This document shows positions 32,860-34,157 of a stretch of 34,157 nucleotides of DNA, one piece after another; position 1 is the stretch's first letter, and each line of letters opens with the position of its first letter. This DNA comes from an uncultured Clostridia bacterium. Its GTDB lineage: Bacteria; Bacillota; Clostridia; Christensenellales; Pumilibacteraceae. The translations under genes and the position numbers were made by a program. A model generated the notes under the pieces. That model was given only the letters and a program-made list of their open reading frames with translations. It was not told the origin of the DNA and searched no databases. Where the stretch lies: the NCBI GenBank assembly GCA_944376015.1, contig CALWBH010000074.1, positions 1 to 34,157 of the forward strand, written 5' to 3'.

Positions 32860-33837
32860 TTACCTTTGATCGCTCACGGTGGCGTCGCTGTTGCTTGCTT
32901 GAAGCGCGGTAAGCGGGTCGTACGGCGCGCCCGATACCGTTCCCGCAAGCAGCGCGATGTCTACGGCGTTTTCGGGAATACCCCACGAATTGCCCGAAAA
33001 CACGAATACAGCCCGATCCACGACATATCCGCGCGTGTCGTACGCCACGTTATATATAATGTCGCCAGAAGAATCGGGGTTAAGGTATGCGGGTTGACGT
33101 AAAGAATAAAAGATATTGTTGCGCACGAGCAGGTCGGATATGCCGTTCTGCGTAACGAACGCGCGGTTTACCACCCATGTCGAAGAATCTCCCGATTGCG
33201 CGGGTCCGTAAATTTTGCAATTAACGATTTCGTCGCCGTTGCCGCCCACCTGTATGAATTCTACGGGGTAGGGCGCGTCGCTCGTCATCGTCAGTCCGTC
33301 TATCGTCACGTCGTCCGCGCTGAGCAGAAACGGCACGATCGGCGCTTCGAGCAGTATTTCCGCGCCTGCATTGCCCTTTATCGTCAGCCCGGGTATGTTT
33401 ATCCCGAGCTGCTGCGTCACAGGGTATGTGCCGCTCAGCACGTTTATCACACCGTTGGGAAGAGATGCGTCCAGCGCCTCCCTCAGGGTCTGAAACGGTG
33501 CCAACCGACTTCCGTCGCCGCCCGCCGCCGCGTCCGCCTGTACGTACAGATCGAACGGATCGGTCTGGACGGGACCCGTCGCGCCCGTCGGACCTGTGGG
33601 ACCTGTAGCGCCGTTACTTCCGTTCGCGCCTGTCGCTCCCGTCGCTCCCGTCGGACCGGTCGGACCCGTGCCGCCGCCCGAGCTTGACGGACCCGTCGGA
33701 CCCATGGGACCTGTTGCGCCCGTCGGACCGGGCGGACCCGTAGGACCGGGCGGACCGGGAATGCCCGCGGGACCCGTTACAAAACATAAATATCGGCAAG
33801 GCGGACAACCGCCGCACCCGTTGTTATCGAAAAACAT
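32860..33837 (-). CDS. collagen-like triple-helix-repeat protein with C-terminal right-handed beta-helix (DUF1565/pectin-lyase-fold-like) domain
   Basis: Cys-rich N-terminus (5 Cys in the first 18 aa), 23 G-X-Y triplets, then [31 protein letters not shown]...GLTIKG, a DUF1565-type beta-helix start. RBS GGAGGG lies 6 nt before the ATG. Confidence 0.85.
   Translation of the reverse strand: MFFDNNGCGGCPPCRYLCFVTGPAGIPGPPGPTGPPGPTGATGPMGPTGPSSSGGGTGPTGPTGATGATGANGSNGATGPTGPTGATGPVQTDPFDLYVQADAAAGGDGSRLAPFQTLREALDASLPNGVINVLSGTYPVTQQLGINIPGLTIKGNAGAEILLEAPIVPFLLSADDVTIDGLTMTSDAPYPVEFIQVGGNGDEIVNCKIYGPAQSGDSSTWVVNRAFVTQNGISDLLVRNNIFYSLRQPAYLNPDSSGDIIYNVAYDTRGYVVDRAVFVFSGNSWGIPENAVDIALLAGTVSGAPYDPLTALQASNSDATVSDQR
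33571..33774 (-). repeat. GXY (mostly GPT/GAT) collagen-like triplet tract
   Basis: [30 protein letters not shown] [SSG] [36 protein letters not shown]. One triplet lacks Gly at position 1. The DNA is a degenerate 9-bp repeat (GGACCCGTCGG-like on the plus strand). Confidence 0.9.
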
Positions 33838-33864
33838 AAAATTCCCTCCGCGTAAGGTCTGTTA

Positions 33865-33892
33865 TATTTTATGACGTTCGGCGTATCTTGGT
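33865..33892 (-). promoter_or_regulatory. sigma-K-like sporulation promoter candidate
   Basis: On the minus strand, AC (33892-33891), 17 nt, then CATAAAATA (33873-33865) matches AC-N17-CATAnnnTA. The -10 ends about 27 nt before the ATG. Confidence 0.35.
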
Positions 33893-33946
33893 TATTTATT
33901 GATCTTTCTTCCGTATATCGCCGCAAATGCACATGGCTCGTAAGGT

Positions 33947-33971
33947 GAACCGGTTACTGAAGTAACGGTTC
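33947..33971. other. stable hairpin of unknown function
   Basis: GAACCGGTTAC-TGAA-GTAACGGTTC: 10 bp with one bulged G. Confidence 0.5.
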
Positions 33972-33990
33972 TCAGCCTCCGTCTCAGCAT

Positions 33991-34022
33991 AAAAACAGAC
34001 ACCCGAAAGGGTGTCTGTTTTT
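33991..34022. terminator. bidirectional intrinsic terminator with no adjacent CDS to terminate
   Basis: AAAAACAGACACCC-GAAA-GGGTGTCTGTTTTT is a perfect 14-bp stem including the A/T tracts, with a GAAA tetraloop. Confidence 0.8.
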
Positions 34023-34137
34023 ATGGCGGCGGGTGAATTATACTATTAAGTGCAACAGGAAAAGAAAGAAAAGAAGTTCATACAAATCTGTGGTAAAATA
34101 GAGTTGCAAAACAAAATTTACACAAGAGGAGATCTGT

Positions 34138-34157
34138 ATGAACTACAAACATTTTAC
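34138..34157 (+). CDS. 5' end of an unidentified CDS running off the window
   Basis: AAGAGGAG lies 6 nt before ATG 34138 (MNYKHF...). TG-n-TAAAAT is at about 34092-34100. Only 20 nt are visible. Confidence 0.3.

Noticed and set aside
23594-32860. The R-M island considered as a mobile genomic island or a phase-variable shufflon.
   Set aside because: The window contains no integrase, transposase, invertase or silent hsdS cassette. I could see no flanking att-like direct repeats by eye, and the nearest tRNA is 20 kb away. Mobility is supported only at the level of the internal hsdM-end duplication.
33947-33971. Hairpin ending ...GTAACGGTTC, which superficially recalls the 3' half of group II intron domain V (...GTACGGTTC).
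   Set aside because: It is too short (25 nt against about 34 nt). It lacks the AGC catalytic triad, the 2-nt bulge and a GNRA loop. There is no reverse-transcriptase/maturase ORF or other intron domain nearby.
1-34157. CRISPR arrays, rRNA genes, IS elements and prophage modules.
   Set aside because: No regularly spaced short repeats, rRNA-like sequence, transposase or integrase ORFs, or phage structural genes were seen in either strand's translations.

Overview
This is a chromosomal segment that looks like Bacillota/Clostridia. The cues are Gram-positive-type promoters and RBSs, lipobox lipoproteins, a sigma-K-like promoter and a collagen-like surface protein; taxonomy is not verified. All calls come from reading the supplied translations and the DNA by eye, with no database search. 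Left to right the window holds: (1) a preQ1-I riboswitch controlling a yhhQ-type queuosine-precursor transporter that is translationally coupled to an SDR oxidoreductase; (2) a small TIGR04076-like protein, an AraC regulator and tRNA-Gly(CCC); (3) a LytTR response regulator plus an AgrC-like GHKL histidine kinase; (4) a four-gene surface glycan-degradation operon: Big_2/Listeria-Bacteroides-repeat lipoprotein, two tandem domain-permuted GH3 glycosidases anchored at both ends, and a CBM-like lipoprotein; (5) fermentation genes: Fe-ADH, a PH-domain membrane protein, and ldh plus malic enzyme; (6) a second AraC regulator and a minimal SufC/SufBD pair; (7) a Type I restriction-modification operon, hsdM-rhuM-[hsdM 3' remnant]-AbiJ/HEPN-like-hsdS-orphan 2-TM protein-hsdR; (8) a collagen-like/beta-helix protein. 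The best candidate for an undescribed system is the R-M operon at about 23.7-32.7 kb. It carries three non-R-M passenger genes that are translationally coupled to the hsd genes. A 109-bp duplication of the hsdM 3' end acts as a cassette junction, and the core is AT-rich. An uncharacterised two-TM protein sits at the position PrrC occupies in the E. coli prr locus. The many long antisense ORFs in the track are treated as shadow ORFs of these genes.
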